From: Octopus sinensis
Lineage: Eukaryota
Direction: 5' to 3'
NCBI RefSeq assembly: GCF_006345805.1
Contig: NC_043016.1
Coordinates: 9,176,001-9,240,000 of the forward strand
DNA: 64,000 bases
The translations under genes and the position numbers were made by a program. The notes under the pieces are model-generated. The model was given only the letters and a program-made list of their open reading frames with translations, searched no databases and had not been told where the DNA came from. This document shows positions 27,541 through 40,589 of the stretch, piece by piece; within the stretch, counting starts at the first letter, position 1; each line of letters begins with the position of its first letter.

Positions 27541-28817
27541 CCCAACCCAGTTCTGCAGAATCAGTGCCATGACGGGAACACATGGGTTGGGAGTTTGACC
27601 GGCAGAGGTGATCAGAATGCACATGCTGGCTCTTTCAAAACCATTACCCCCATCATCTAAACCTCACCCCTTGGCTGGGAGCCCTTCTGGCAAGGAAAAT
27701 AGAACACCCAAAAGCCTCTGTGTCAGAAGAAGTTATGTTCAGATCACAACTAAGCCTTAACTTAAGCTTAAGCTAACTTAGCGAAAGGGGGCTCAGGAGC
27801 CTCTAAAAGGCAGCGACTAATCCTGATCTAGTCCTAACCCCCTCCAAGGGGTACTATCAGCCAAGGTTGTATCGAAGATATGCATTGGAGGTTGCATCAA
27901 AGGTTTGCATGGTATTACATATATATATATATATATATATACACACAATATGTCACATTTTCTACTATATATATATATATTTAATAATGAACCATGTAAT
28001 TCACACTATGGAAAATTTATTTCTGTAAAATGTTGGGAGTGGGTAAAATTTCCAAGGCTGCCACCTCACCCCACCCCGTTTTTCAGATCTCAAAAAGGGT
28101 TTTGTAGCATATTAGGTCACAGGAATTCATTCAACGAAAAAAAAAAATCCAATGATTCCAAAATGGGGTGTCCCCTCCCTCGCCCTACCCCCATTCTTTT
28201 TTCCAAACCAAAATAAGGGATTTGCAGCATAGATCAGGGTACTTGATTCCATGCAAAAAAAATCCAAGTTTTTTTTTTTTTATTTCTTAGTGAAAATTGT
28301 GCAGGTGTTAATCTAAAAATTTACCTTTCGTTTATCTTTTCCGTCATTGCTAGACAAGAGACTTAACTCATGTTAGCAAACTTACGGATTTCATCAACTT
28401 GGAAAATAGTAAAAGTTATGGTTGAAAATCAATTTTTACCGCTATCCGTGGATGCTTTGGGAAAAATAAGTTGACAAAAAACACAGCCATGGTCGTGACC
28501 AATGTCATCCTAAAATTGGAGCTACATGCATGCTAATTTGTGGATGCGCATAAATTACCTTCACGTAGACACATACACACATCCTGTCTTTTATAGATAT
28601 AAATTAAGGATATAATTTTTAAAACAAAGACCTTTAAATGCCAAACTGTTGCTGTAGACGCTTCTGAGGCAAGAACTTCAGGAAAGAGATGTTTAGATAT
28701 AACATTACCACTGATTTCTTTTGTATTTTATCTCATGTAGCAAGGTTTAGAATAAAACTTATGAGAATCTTCCACAACACACAGCTCTCGTCAACATTCC
28801 AAAAGAGTAAAGATTAG

Positions 28818-29037
28818 CCCTTTAGTGTTCAGATTAATCTGCCAAATGCAATGGTCATACATTCAAATTGCTTTGAATTAATCATGCATTATCTCATAGT
28901 TTTGAGATTACAATGATGTGATTGCTTATTTTTAGAATGACATTGTAGGGTAGATGTGAGAGGCTAGAGCTGGCCAGTTTGAACACCAAACTGGTAGAAT
29001 ATATAGGTGGCATATGGCCGTTTTAAATGCTAAAGGG
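28818..29037. mobile_element. piggyBac-like MITE
   Basis: CCCTTTAG...CTAAAGGG termini with right TTAA and left TTAG (mutated TSD). Confidence 0.6.
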
Positions 29038-29099
29038 TTAAATGTTCAATGTTCCCTAGGTATGTGTTTGCTTAGAAACTGAAATTATTTATTTATGCA

Positions 29100-29400
29100 C
29101 CCTTTTCAAGCCTAGCCAGGCTCATGGGCCCGGTTTCCCGGTTTCTGTGGCGTATGTCTTCCTCCCAGCTGGACGGGACACCAGTACATTACAGCATTAC
29201 TCAAGAAACAGGATGAGAGAGTGAGAGAAAGTTGAAGCAAAAGAGCACAACAGGGGTCGCCACCCCCGCCTGCCGGAGCCTCATGGAGCTTTAGGTGTTT
29301 TCGTTAAATAAACACATACAACGGCCAGTCTGGGAATCGAAACCGTGATCCTCCGACAGCGAGTCCGCAGTCCTAACCACTGGGCCATTGTGCCTCCACA
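29100..29400 (-). mobile_element. Family D SINE (tail type 2)
   Basis: Same head, different 3' module. Confidence 0.78.
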
Positions 29401-29892
29401 GAAACTGAAATACAATTTATAAATATGCAGATCTCCCCATGCAATCATATGTGCATGTGTTTGGATATAAGTATGATTTTATCTTTTACATGGCTTAGTC
29501 AGAAGAGAATCAGGGTTGCTGTGGTTTGTGGTTTGAAGGGAAGAAGTTATCCTTAGATCAACAATCTGGCTCAAATGCTTGGACATTTAGTGGACACCAG
29601 TAAAGACATCCAGGGGACTGGGTAGTGGCATTAATCCAATCAAAAGATTAAGTTTACCACTCAAGAATTAGTATAGACAGGCTTTCACAGTCTCTGTGAA
29701 CCAAATTTCTAAGACAAAAATAAATAAATAAATTTAAAAAATTGCTTTGGTTGTCCTGAAGCTATGACACAAGACACTTGCCAAAAGAGCCGCATAGTGG
29801 AATTGAAACCCCACACCAACCTACCACCAAAAACATATTGTTGCATTGCTAACTACTTATCCACAAAGCATAGACAGATATTCATTACTCAC

Positions 29893-29924
29893 CAATTGTT
29901 ACCCCACTCAATCATGGTACCAGG
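29893..29924 (-). CDS. NIPSNAP: NipSnap micro-exon (32 bp): PGTMIEWGNNW
   Basis: Acceptor tgtctttcag| and donor |gtgagt. Peptide is identical to the vertebrate NIPSNAP1 motif as recalled. Confidence 0.96.
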
Positions 29925-30364
29925 CTGAAAGACAAAATAAATAGGAAGTCAGGTATTTCAATTCATAATAGACAAATACACATCAGCTATTTCATTAGTA
30001 AAATATTAAACAAAAAAGAGTTAATATTAAAATATAGATGCTATTTAGTATGCACATACTAAGCTTTCTGCAAGATAATCACACCTTCTTTATTTCTTTA
30101 TTGCCCACAGGGGGCTAAACACAGAGGGGACAAACAAGGACAGACAAACGGATTAAGTTGATTATATCGACCCCAGTGCGTTTACTCAAGAAAACAATAC
30201 CCCATTTGGGTCTAGGAATTGACACCAGAATCTTGTGATTGGAATTGCAACATGCTAACCATAAGGCCCCATTCCTTCAAACCACACATACATACCCATT
30301 ATATACATAACATATAAGTATATGAATAAAAGTTCTCAGATGTGTACAGTGAAATATATTAATA

Positions 30365-30699
30365 ACTAGCATTATGACCTGGCGTACATGCATGTACAGC
30401 TGCGTGCGTGTGCACATACACGCGAGTACTGTCCAAATCTCCGACCAATCACATACAGCTAGCTGGCATTCATTTGGCGTATCAAGATTGGGCATTTTGA
30501 TTGGGTTTTGGATAGAAAATTCACAAAAAATCACTTCTATTGATTTTTTAATGGCTTTGCGGGGTGACTGGGGAAATGTAAAGATGTGCACGACCACCCT
30601 TGGATGGTTTTGAATGACCATAGAAAGTGCAAGCCCTCTAACTGAAAAATTGTGGATTTGTATAAAGGATACACACACACACACACCGACATTTTGCCG

Positions 30700-30778
<79 letters not shown>
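30365..30778 (-). mobile_element. Non-autonomous Helitron-like element
   Basis: On the minus strand: TCtctc...tatatataaaaacggcaaaatgtc start (as in the 9684 element) and a CTAGt end. Confidence 0.55.
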
Positions 30779-30779
<1 letters not shown>

Positions 30780-31107
30780 GGATAAATAACTCACAAATGG
30801 AGTTAACTTGTCTTTTCTTTCTTTATTCATATACAACTATAAACATTATCAATTCACACACACACACACATATATATATATTCTGTTTGATTGCTGCTAT
30901 TTCCAGATCAAGAAACTATGTAAGGTCTTCCTAGTTGGAACTTGAAATCAGAACATAAAGAAGTCTACAGTTGTAACAATTCTGCCAGTCCTCGGCCACC
31001 ATTTTAAATAGCTAGACGTAAAAATTTCTTCTTTAGGCACAATATTAATTTTGTTACAGTTAATTCTTCGCACACACATACACACAACGGGCTTTTTTCA
31101 GTTTCTA

Positions 31108-31340
31108 TTTCTTTACTACCCACAAGGGGCTAAACACAGAGGGGACAAACAAGGACAGACAAACGGATTAAGTCAACTATATTGAGCCCAGTGCGTAACT
31201 GGTACTTAATTTATCGACCCGGAAAGGATGAAAGGTAAAGTCAACCTTGGCGGAATTTTAACTCAGAACGTAACGGCAGGCGAAATACTGCTAAGCATCT
31301 CGCCCGGCATGCTAACGTTTCTGCCAGCTCGCCGCCTTTA
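31108..31340 (-). mobile_element. Family C SINE inserted in a family B copy
   Basis: Family B sequence tttcagtttctat resumes on both sides. Confidence 0.8.
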
Positions 31341-31499
31341 CTTCTTTCAGTTTCTATCTACCAAATCCAATCACAAGGCTTTGGTTGGTCTGAGGTTATA
31401 GTAGAAGACAGTGAGACTGAACCCAAGACTACATTTTGGGGAAGCAAGCCTTTTAGCCACACAGTCACACTTGTGTCCCCATATGAACCTTCTATATGA

Positions 31500-31820
31500 A
31501 GACGTATGGCTTAGAGGTTAAAGTAATCAGCTTACAATCATAAAGTCGTGAGTTCAATTCCTGGCAATACAATGTGTCCTTGAGCAAGACACTTTATTTT
31601 ACGTTGTTCCAGTCCACTCAGCTGGCAAAAATGAGTAGTACCTGTATTTCAAAGGGCCAGATTTGTCACACTCTGTGCCATGCTGAATCTCCCCAAGACC
31701 TGCATAAAGAACACTCGTGTCTGTAGAGTGCTCAGTCACTTGCCCGTTAATTTCACAAGCAGGCTGTTCCGTTGATTGGATCAACTGGAACCTTTGTCAT
31801 CATAACTAGTAGAGTGCTAA
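31500..31820 (+). mobile_element. tRNA-derived SINE with a gtccttgagcaagacacttt core
   Basis: A/B-box-like head; tail like 55700-55852. Confidence 0.7.
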
Positions 31821-31929
31821 TATATGAACCCTCATTAAATGTATTCTTAGAAGCCAAGTGTGTCTAGTTTAACTGATTGTCTGAGTTAACCAATGGTCAG
31901 GGCTAACATTAAATACATATACAGAGGTC

Positions 31930-32345
31930 AGCACCCATGCCAGCTTAGATTAACCAAGACCTTTGATTAAATGAATTTCAGCCATGACCATTTTGTTTTT
32001 TTTATTCTGAGACTCCCTTCGGTCAAGACTGACCATGGAATTACACCTAGAAAGTTAGCCTCCCAGACACAAGTCCGGGCAAGGTTGTTTATAGAAGGCC
32101 AGCAGTCGCCCATGCATACCGGCCTCCCCTCTCCACACCACTGATGTTATCCAAGGGAAAGGCAAAGGCCAATACAGCTTGGCACCAGTGATGTGGCTAC
32201 TCATTTCTATAGCTGAGTGAAATGGAAGCAATGTGAAATAAAGTGTCTTGCTCAAGAACACAACACGCAGCCCGGTCCGGGATTCGAGCTCACAACCTCA
32301 ATCGTAAGCTCGACACTCTAACAACTGAGCCATGCATTTTCACAT
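31930..32345 (-). mobile_element. Family E tRNA-derived SINE
   Basis: Head gttcgaatcccggaccgg and core ttcttgagcaagacacttt; second copy at 38030-38357. Confidence 0.8.
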
Positions 32346-32551
32346 TTTTTTCATTAAGCACCATATTATACCACATCCTTTTCTTCTTTGTTTCATTTCA
32401 AGTCGGTAGAATATGATATGAAATTTGGTTGCTATTTCTAGCAGATTGTCAACCATGTAAAGGCTGCTTTATTGACTAGAGAGGAGAATTATTAAATTTG
32501 GTGGAAAATATGGACAGAAGACCTTAGAAGGTACATTCAAATCTAACTTAC

Positions 32552-32695
32552 CTTCAACACATAACTACGCAACTCATAGATGTGACTGCGGTCGGGTGTT
32601 GGTGTTTCACGTGGCCAAAAGCTAAAACGTAACAAAATCTGGTTACGTCGAGAACGTAACATCTTGTTACGCTTTGATCGGAACTCCAAGAAGTC
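32552..32695 (-). CDS. NIPSNAP: NipSnap exon (144 bp): DFLEFRSKRNKMLRSRRNQILLRFSFWPRETPTPDRSHIYELRSYVLK
   Basis: Acceptor cccctttcag| and donor |gtaagt. Matches 'EYLEFR...SRRNQLLLEFSFW...IYELRTYKLK'. Confidence 0.96.
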
Positions 32696-32837
32696 CTGAA
32701 AGGGGAATATATGATATAATTAAAAAACATGAGAGAGAGAGAGAATAGGTGTGTATATGTGTGAAGAAGTGTTAAAATGATTGTGTGAGATTGTGCATGT
32801 CAGGGAAAACGTCTGTATGTGAAGGATTAGCTGTGTG

Positions 32838-33530
32838 TCATCATCATCATCATCATCATCATCGTTTAACGTCCGTTTTCCATGCTAGCATGGGTTGGAC
32901 GGTTCGACTGGGGTCTGGGAAGCCGGAAGGTTGCACCAGGCTCCAATCTGATCTGGCAGAGTTTCAACAGCTGGATGCCCTTCCTAACACCAACCACTCC
33001 GAGAGTGTAGTGGGTGCTTTTACATACCACCAGCACAAGGGCCAGTCAGGCGGTACTGGCAACGGCCATGCCCAAATGGTGTATTTTTAATGGTGTTTCT
33101 ACAGCTGGATGCCCTTCCTAACACCAACCACTCCGAGAGTGTAGTGGATGCTTTTATGTGCCACCAGCACAAGGGCCAGTCAGGCGATACTGGCAACAGC
33201 CATGCCCAAATGGTGTATTTTTAATGGTGTTTCTACAGCTGGATGCCCTTCCTAACACCAACCACTCCGAGAGTGTAGTGGGTGCTTTTACATACCACCA
33301 GCACAAGGGCCAGTCAGGCGGTACTGGCAACGGCCATGCCCAAATGGTGTATTTTTAATGGTGTTTCTACAGCTGGATGCCCTTCCTAACACCAACCACT
33401 CCGAGAGTGTAGTGGGTGCTTTTACATACCACCAGCACAAGGGCCAGTCAGGCGGTACTGGCAACAGCCATGCCCAAATGGTGTATTTTTAAGTGCCACC
33501 TGCACACCGGCACAAGTGCCAATAAGGCGA
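32838..33530 (-). mobile_element. Family A copy containing four tandem 134-bp internal units
   Basis: Unit starts at 32957, 33091, 33225 and 33359. Confidence 0.85.
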
Positions 33531-33584
33531 TGCTGGTAATGTGTGTGAATGAGAAAATGTGTATGAGAGAATCTGATATTGCAT

Positions 33585-33948
33585 GCAGCTTGCTAACCAA
33601 CCACATGGTTCCGGGTTCAGTCTCACTGCGTGGCATCTTGGGCAAGTGTCTTCTGCTATAGCCTCGGGCCGACCAATGCCTTGTGAGTGGATTTGGTAGA
33701 CGGAAACTGAAAGAAGCCTGTCGTATATATGTATATATATGTATGTGCGTGTGTGTTTGTCCCCCTAGCATTGCTTGACAACCGATGCTGGTGTTTACGT
33801 CCCCGTTACTTAGCGGTTCGGCAAAAGAGACCGATAGAATAAGTACTGGGCTTACAAAGAATAAGTCCTGGGGTCGATTTGCTCGACTAAAGGCGGTGCT
33901 CCAGCATGGCCGCAGTCAAATGACTGAAACAAGTAAAAGAGTAAGAGT
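33585..33948 (+). mobile_element. Family B SINE
   Basis: Near-identical to 12942-13327. Confidence 0.88.
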
Positions 33949-34179
33949 AAGCAAAAAAGAAAGAAGAAAAGTAGAGAGAGACAGAGTAAGAGAGAAGAAT
34001 ACAGAAGATATAAAACTGAATAGAAGAGATGTAACAAAGATGTGATAAAAGAATGAAGAGACGGCAATGAAACAGACAACTAATAGAAAGAAGGAAGGAG
34101 AGAAAAAAATGAAAGATATGAGTGTGTACATATATATATATAACTCTACACACACACACACATACACAGATACACACAC

Positions 34180-34455
34180 ATATCATCATCATCATCATCG
34201 TTTAGCGTCCGCTTTCCATGCTAGCATGGGTTGGACGGTTCAACTGCGGTCTGTGAAGCCAGAAGGCTGCACCAGGTCGAGTCTGATCTGGCAGTGTTTC
34301 TACGGCTGGATGCCCTTCCTAACGCCAACCACTCCGTGTGTGTAGTGGGTGCATTTTACGTGTCAGACGAGGCTGGCAAACGGCCACGATCGAATGGTGC
34401 TTTTTACGTGCCACTGGCACGGAGGCCAGTCGGGGTGACGCTGGCAATGGCTACG
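34180..34455 (-). mobile_element. Family A short retroposon
   Basis: (CAT)n plus body. Confidence 0.8.
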
Positions 34456-34699
34456 TTTGTGAACTTTAGTTTACTTAAAATATGCTTGTGAAATATTTCA
34501 TCTGCTACAAGACAAATTCACTACACTTACCATGGAGAAAGATTCTCTTATGGTAAAAAAGGTGTAAAAACGGCACATCTATCTAGTGTCGCTCCTCAGA
34601 TTCCTAGACATCAATGTTTCTAGCTCTTTAGCCATTATCCATTTGCCTCTTAGCAGTTGAAATATTTCACCTGTTTTAACTAACTCAAAGTTTACTTAT

Positions 34700-35335
34700 G
34701 CCTACACAGTCTGGCACTGATCAGTTTGTTGTACAATTTTGCAGCAATTGACATTAGAGATATACCCCTGTAGTTGGTGACGAGGGATAAATCGCCTTTT
34801 TGGGGTATTGGGATGGTTTGAGATTGGTGCCAAATCTTTTGGAACTATAAAAGTGGAAAGTGTGTGATTGCAAAGATTGAGCAGAACTACGTGAAATCTA
34901 TCATCCTTCCAAATTATAGCTGTGTTGTTGTCGGGACCAAATACTTTCGAGGCTTTCAGTTGTTTAGTCGCTGCTGTTAGTTCAAATATGGTAAAAGGGG
35001 AGGTGTTGATGTTCAGTGTATCTGATATAGGCACACTTGGAAGAGTGGGGTTATCAGGGATTTTGGCATTCTTTCCAGGAAGGTTTTTAAAATGAGTTCA
35101 CCAATTTTCTAAACACTTCTTAGCTGATCCCCCTTTGATTCTAATTGATGACCCAGAATTTTTGCGATACCAGAGGGTGCACACTCTCCTACCCTGATGT
35201 AATCTCCAGGGATACAGGCATCCAGCAACAGGACCTCCGTAATGCTATGATGGACCGTGAAGTCTGGCGCAACATAGTAAATTCCATTGTCTCGACCATG
35301 GTCAAACAATGATGATGATTGGCACTGATATTACA
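34700..35335. mobile_element. RTE-like LINE insertion with inverted 5' segment (34700-~35165, minus) joined to the 3' end (~35170-35335, plus)
   Basis: Minus strand gives 'INTSPFTIFELTAATKQLKASKVFGPD' (RT N-terminal region). Plus strand gives 'ISRDTGIQQQDLRNAMMDREVWRNIVNSIVST' with a (TGA)n tail. Confidence 0.7.
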
Positions 35336-35480
35336 GTAATATGTGTGTGTGTGTGTGTGTGTGTACATACACACACAGTTTTACAAAAAAGAAAAGAAGG
35401 TGTGAGAGAAATGATAATAAATCAGAGGGATGCTCTTATAAAATTCCTCCAAGCTTGTTAAAAAAAAAAAAGAGAGTTAC

Positions 35481-35551
35481 CTTATCAGTACGATACTTCA
35501 CTGTGGCATTGTTTAGTGCTGGGTAGCCACCATCATATTCCCAGATGTGAA
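35481..35551 (-). CDS. NIPSNAP: NipSnap exon (71 bp): (I)HIWEYDGGYPALNNATVKYRTDK
   Basis: Acceptor ttcttccacag| and donor |gtaact. Matches the NipSnap 'VHLWRFSGGYPAL' motif. Confidence 0.95.
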
Positions 35552-35734
35552 CTGTGGAAGAAAGAATGATAAAAAAGAAAATTAAAAAAATAAGACAAGA
35601 TGTTTTCTTGAGCTTAAATAAAAACTGGGAGGCCATGAATTACGGCAGTGAAAAGTTAATAAATTGTCACAGTCCACTCCAAGCCAGCATGGAAAATGGA
35701 TGTTAAATGATGATGATGTTAACCACTGTAGCCT

Positions 35735-36155
35735 TATTTCTTCATTGCCCACAAGGAGCTAAACAAGGAGGGGACAAACAAGGACAGACAAAGGGATTAA
35801 GTCAATTACATCGACCCCAGTGTATAACTGGTACTTAATTTATCAACCCCGAAAGGATGAAAGGCAAACTCGACCTCGGCGGAATTTGAACTCAGAACAT
35901 AGCGGCAGGCCAAATACCTATTTCTTTACTACCCACAAGGGGCTATACAACGAGGGGACAAACAAGGATAGACAAAGGGATTAAGTTGATTACATCGACC
36001 CCAGTGCGTAACTGGTACTTAATTTATTGACCCGGAAAGGATGAAAGGCAAAGTCGACCTTGGCAGAATTTGTACCCAGAACGTAATGGCAGGCGAAATA
36101 CCGATAAGCATTTTGCCCAGCGCGCTAACGTGTCTGCCAGCTCGCCACCTTAACG
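35735..36155 (-). mobile_element. Family C SINE 1.8-mer with 17-bp TSD GTTAACCACTGTA(G/A)CCT
   Basis: TSD at 35718-35734 and 36156-36172; same internal junction as 16377-16781. Confidence 0.85.
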
Positions 36156-36182
36156 GTTAACCACTGTAACCTATAAGCATAA

Positions 36183-36545
36183 ACATGGCTGCGTGGTTAA
36201 GATACTGACTTTGTAACCATATGGTCTCAGGTTCAGTCCCACTTCATTGCACCTTGAGCAAGTATCTTCCACAAAAGCCTCGGGCCAACCAAAGCCTAGT
36301 GAGAGAATTTGGTTGATGGAAACTGTGTGGAAGCCTGTTGTCTATGTGTATGTTTGTTTGCCCCAACACCAACACCACCACCACCATCACTCAACAACTG
36401 ATGTTGTTTATTTTTATGCTTCCACAACTTAGCAGTTTACAAAATGAGACTGATAAAATAAGTACTGGGGCTGATTTATTTGATTAAACCCTTCAAGGTG
36501 GTGCCCCAGCATGGCTGCAGTCCAATGACTGAGACAAGACAAAGA
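36183..36545 (+). mobile_element. Family B-related SINE (older)
   Basis: Head and tail ggtggtgccccagcatggctgcag. Confidence 0.7.
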
Positions 36546-38029
36546 TACGGTCAACCATCCTTTTTATTGTGTGAGTGTGTGAGTGTGTGAGTTGTATGTA
36601 GCCCTAAATTATCCCATGTGTGTCCTTCCTTTTCTTTAAAATGTTAGAGAGTGATTTCAGGAAGAGCTGACTGCTGTTTCTAGTCAAGTGGCTTTTTTTG
36701 TTTGACTGGTAGCAAAAGTAAAGTTGTTACCATCCTTATTTTGCCTCCTACACCTAGTTTCTTTATACAGGGTGGCCTAAAATTAGGGTTACAGTTATTC
36801 AACTATCTCTTTTGCATATATTCATATATTGACAGTTTAGGGGTTAGCAAGAGAAAGAGCATCCAGCTGTAGAAAATATGCCTCAATAAATTTCATCTGG
36901 CCCATGCAAGAATATTGTATTGTTCAATGTCTTTCCTTTAAGATGTTAGAGCATAGAATTTGAAAAAAAGATTTGGCTGCTATTTCTCATAGATTAAACA
37001 ACTGTGAAGAGGCTCCCTCATTGGTTCAATTTTGAAAAACTAATTGCAGACGGTAGTGGGGAGGGCAGCAAAGTACAACCATATGACCATTGCTGCAAAT
37101 CCTCCCAGACTGGTCAGATATACAACATTTTCTGTTGATGTAATATATATTGTATAAACACACAATGTAAACGTTCAAACATGATCACTACTGCATTTTA
37201 CATGGAACTTTTGGTCCTCCAAAGTTATCTTGGTGTATAAATCACCTTACCTTTTTTTGACTGTAAACTTTGGTTTGAAAAATTCAACTTGTATGCTAGA
37301 AAATACAACATGCAGTTGATACTTGTACATTATATAATCCTTAAGCTTAACATCAGTAGCCATCCCTTAATTTATTTAAAAAAATACAAAAATCCTTGTA
37401 TAGAACTGTGTGCTTCACAGTTCCAGTGACATGGTGTTTGGCTGTTGTGCACATGCCCACATGTCAGAGATAGGAAGCTTCATGCTAGGGAGAGAGAGCA
37501 CTGTTGTTCATGCAGTGCCGGTGTAAGCTGGTGTTTCTTTTTGACTCCACGTGTGTTATGCTTATATTTTTGAATGTGATAAAGTGTAGAATTAGATTAT
37601 TATCCTGCTTCCAGCTACAGTGTTGCTGCCAGTATTTGAAAAATAGGGCAGATTTTCCCTACTTATTTTGTGATTTAGGGGGGATTTTTGAAAAATGAAG
37701 GGGAATTCACAGCAGCGTTCAGTGACCAAATTAAACACACTACATGGCATTGGCTAAAATGTGAACCGATCAAGTTCAAGTGTAAATTTCCTTTTTATAT
37801 GTTTTTTTCCTTTTACACAATATTAAAACAACGGCTAAAAATTTTCTGAAGCAGCAGCCCCACTAATTTTATCTGGTGTAACTGGTTTCTATCAGCCTGG
37901 GGTTATATTAGAAGACATTTGTAGAAGGTGGCATGCAATGGGACTGAACCTGGAATCTTGTGGTTGTGAAGCAATCTTCTTACTACACTGTGGGTAATTA
38001 CTATATTTACTTTTGTATGCTGAGAACCC

Positions 38030-38357
38030 CTTTGGACATAACCGACCATGAGATTGTACCTAGAAAGTTACCCTCCCAGGCACAAGTCCGAGCAAGGTTG
38101 TTTATGGAAGACCAGCAGTCGCCCATGCATACCTGCCTCTCCTCTCCACGCCGCAAGTGTTATCCAAGGGAATGGCAAAGGGGCCGATACAGCTTAGCAC
38201 CTGTAACATCGCAACTCATTTCTGAGTGAACTGGAGCAACGTGAAAAAAAAAGTGTCTTGCTCAAGAACACAACACGCAGCCTGATCCGGGATTCGAACT
38301 CACAACCTCACAATCGTAAGCTCGACGCTCTAACAACTGAGCCATGTACCTTCACTT
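38030..38357 (-). mobile_element. Family E tRNA-derived SINE
   Basis: Matches 32030-32345. Confidence 0.8.
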
Positions 38358-38707
38358 TTGTATAACACAAAAGATTTAAAATCAAACATCAGAATAAAAA
38401 GTAGTGGGTAGCATAATAATATATTAAAGAGAAACATTTTTTTTGTACTAAAAGCTGAGGTCACATACCACAAGGAGTCTCATTCCCCTGTCATTCCCTC
38501 TATGAGGCCCAACATATGACCGTATGACTATGCTTTCTCACCACTTCATCCCACATATCCCTGGGTGTATATGTACATACATGAAGGGTAGTCAGAAAGT
38601 AATGCAATTTTTTTTTATTTGCATTACTCTCTAACTTGCTTTTAAGCCTTGCTCAGTTTTCTCATAAATCAGCCAATGCAGCTTTGTGGATTTTTCTTTA
38701 TTAGAAT

Positions 38708-39056
38708 CGATCAAAAATCAATGGAAATTACAGTTGTGATACCAGTGCCAGTGGCACGTAAAAGAACCATCCGAACATGGCCGTTGCCAGCACTGCCTCG
38801 GCTGGCCTTCATGCCGGTGGCACGTAAAAAGCATCAACCAATCATGGCCATTGCCAGCCTCCCCTGGCACCTGTGCCAGTGGCACGTAAAAAGCACCCAC
38901 TACACTCACGGAGTGGTTGGCATTAGGAAGGGCATCCAGCTGTAGAAACATTGCCAGATCAGACTGGGCCTGGTGCAGACTCCTGGCTTCCCAGACCCCA
39001 GTCGAACCGTCCAACCCATGCTAGCATGGAAAGCCCACGTTAAACGATGATGATGA
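38708..39056 (+). mobile_element. Family A short retroposon
   Basis: Full body plus tail. Confidence 0.85.
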
Positions 39057-39180
39057 ATGAAAATCGCTAATGAGCTTATGAAAAGACTGTCAAAGCATGG
39101 TGGCCGTCAATGCAGAGATAAAAAAAAAAGTGAAAAACAAATGAAAATATTGATGTCCAATGGTCTTGATGCCCTTTTAA

Positions 39181-39402
39181 CCCTTTTGTTACCATATTTC
39201 TGTTGAGATGCTCTGTGTTTCTTTCAATTAATTTTAAATATAACAAAGAATTAGTAAAATAATTTAGTTTATCATTAAGCTAGTGTTAGGAACATAAATT
39301 GCGACTAAGGTTTGGTGGAAGATTTCAATTCAGAACTTTTGAAAATAAGACATTTGTACTATAGAGCCAGAGGCGGTTTCAGGCGGGTTGGTATCAGAAG
39401 AG
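39181..39402. mobile_element. piggyBac-like MITE
   Basis: TTAA on both sides; imperfect TIRs CCCTTTTGTTACCA / TGGTATCAGAAGAG. Confidence 0.7.
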
Positions 39403-40589
39403 TTAACACAAAGCCTCTAAAGAGAATGATGACATATATTCACTCACTCTTGATGCATCCCAGCAAAAACTAATGTCAAATATGCTAACTGCAGTTGCAT
39501 TTCACCATTGGAGAGCAACTTCTTTCAGATGAATGTGCGTTCATAACACACTATAATCATTAGCGTAAGGGGACTTTTGAACATCCAGTGTTTCAACTTT
39601 GTTGTGTCTTCTCAGCCTAACCAGTTTCAGGCTGGCTCTTGTTTATAAAGAGAAGTTTCTCTGAAACAAAATCCAATAGCTAACACCATTCTATTTCTAT
39701 ATACATGCTATAGATGATATACATATTGTTTTAATCTTGTGCGATTTCAGATGTGTGTACTGAGTTATTGAACAAACAAAAATTTCATGTATGTATGATG
39801 GTAGGGGAGAGGGAGATAGCCAACTTATGGTCTGTATAATAATTTCTCAGTATATAACCATTTTATCACAAGGAAGGGTAAAATCACCCTTAACAAGATT
39901 TGATCATATAACAAAAGGTCAACAAAAAATGGCAAGGCATTTGCCTTGTGCTCTATGAATTCTATGAAACATTACCCTTCATGTATTATCATATCACAAA
40001 TTTGTAGAAAAGGAATATAAAAAATTACGGAGATGTACTTGCATAGCGAGTGACTTGATCTGAGATCGTGTGCTGGAACGAAAACAATTGCAGTGTGGAA
40101 GGTGTTTATAAGCCTGTCAGTGAACAGGTCGCGGTCTCAAAGAGACGAAAATATTTTGACAAATTAAATTTAAATGTTGAAGTGAATCTAATGGATTTTG
40201 TGTGTTTCATGAATATAAAAAGAGTCTACTACAAAAGCTGACTAGTAATTATGCTATTGACCCAGGAGCTTGAAAGTCAATTTATCTTAGTGGGATTTGA
40301 ATCTACATAACAAAGGGTGAAACTAAATACTGTAAGGCACTTAATTCAATACCAGTGTTTCTGTCAATGTCACTGGAAATAAATTGAGCTCATAATCTGG
40401 TGCTATCTTTTGTACAAGACACCTTTTTTTTGTATGTGATATGTGGCATATACAAATAGACAGGTACTTAATTTAATGATATCGAATTTATAAAAAGACA
40501 AAACTTCAAACCAGCAAAAGTAAGTATAGAACATCTGTAGAGGTAACCTTAACAAGTAAGAAAGAGCAAGGTGCAATATTATATTTTTC

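Noticed and set aside
27590-27900. GC-richer island with the palindrome CTTAAGCTTAAG
   Set aside because: No ORF homology or element boundaries could be supported.
32957-33492. CRISPR-like regular repeats (also 19953-20200 and 60606-60748)
   Set aside because: These are tandem units without unique spacers, in a eukaryotic context with no cas genes.
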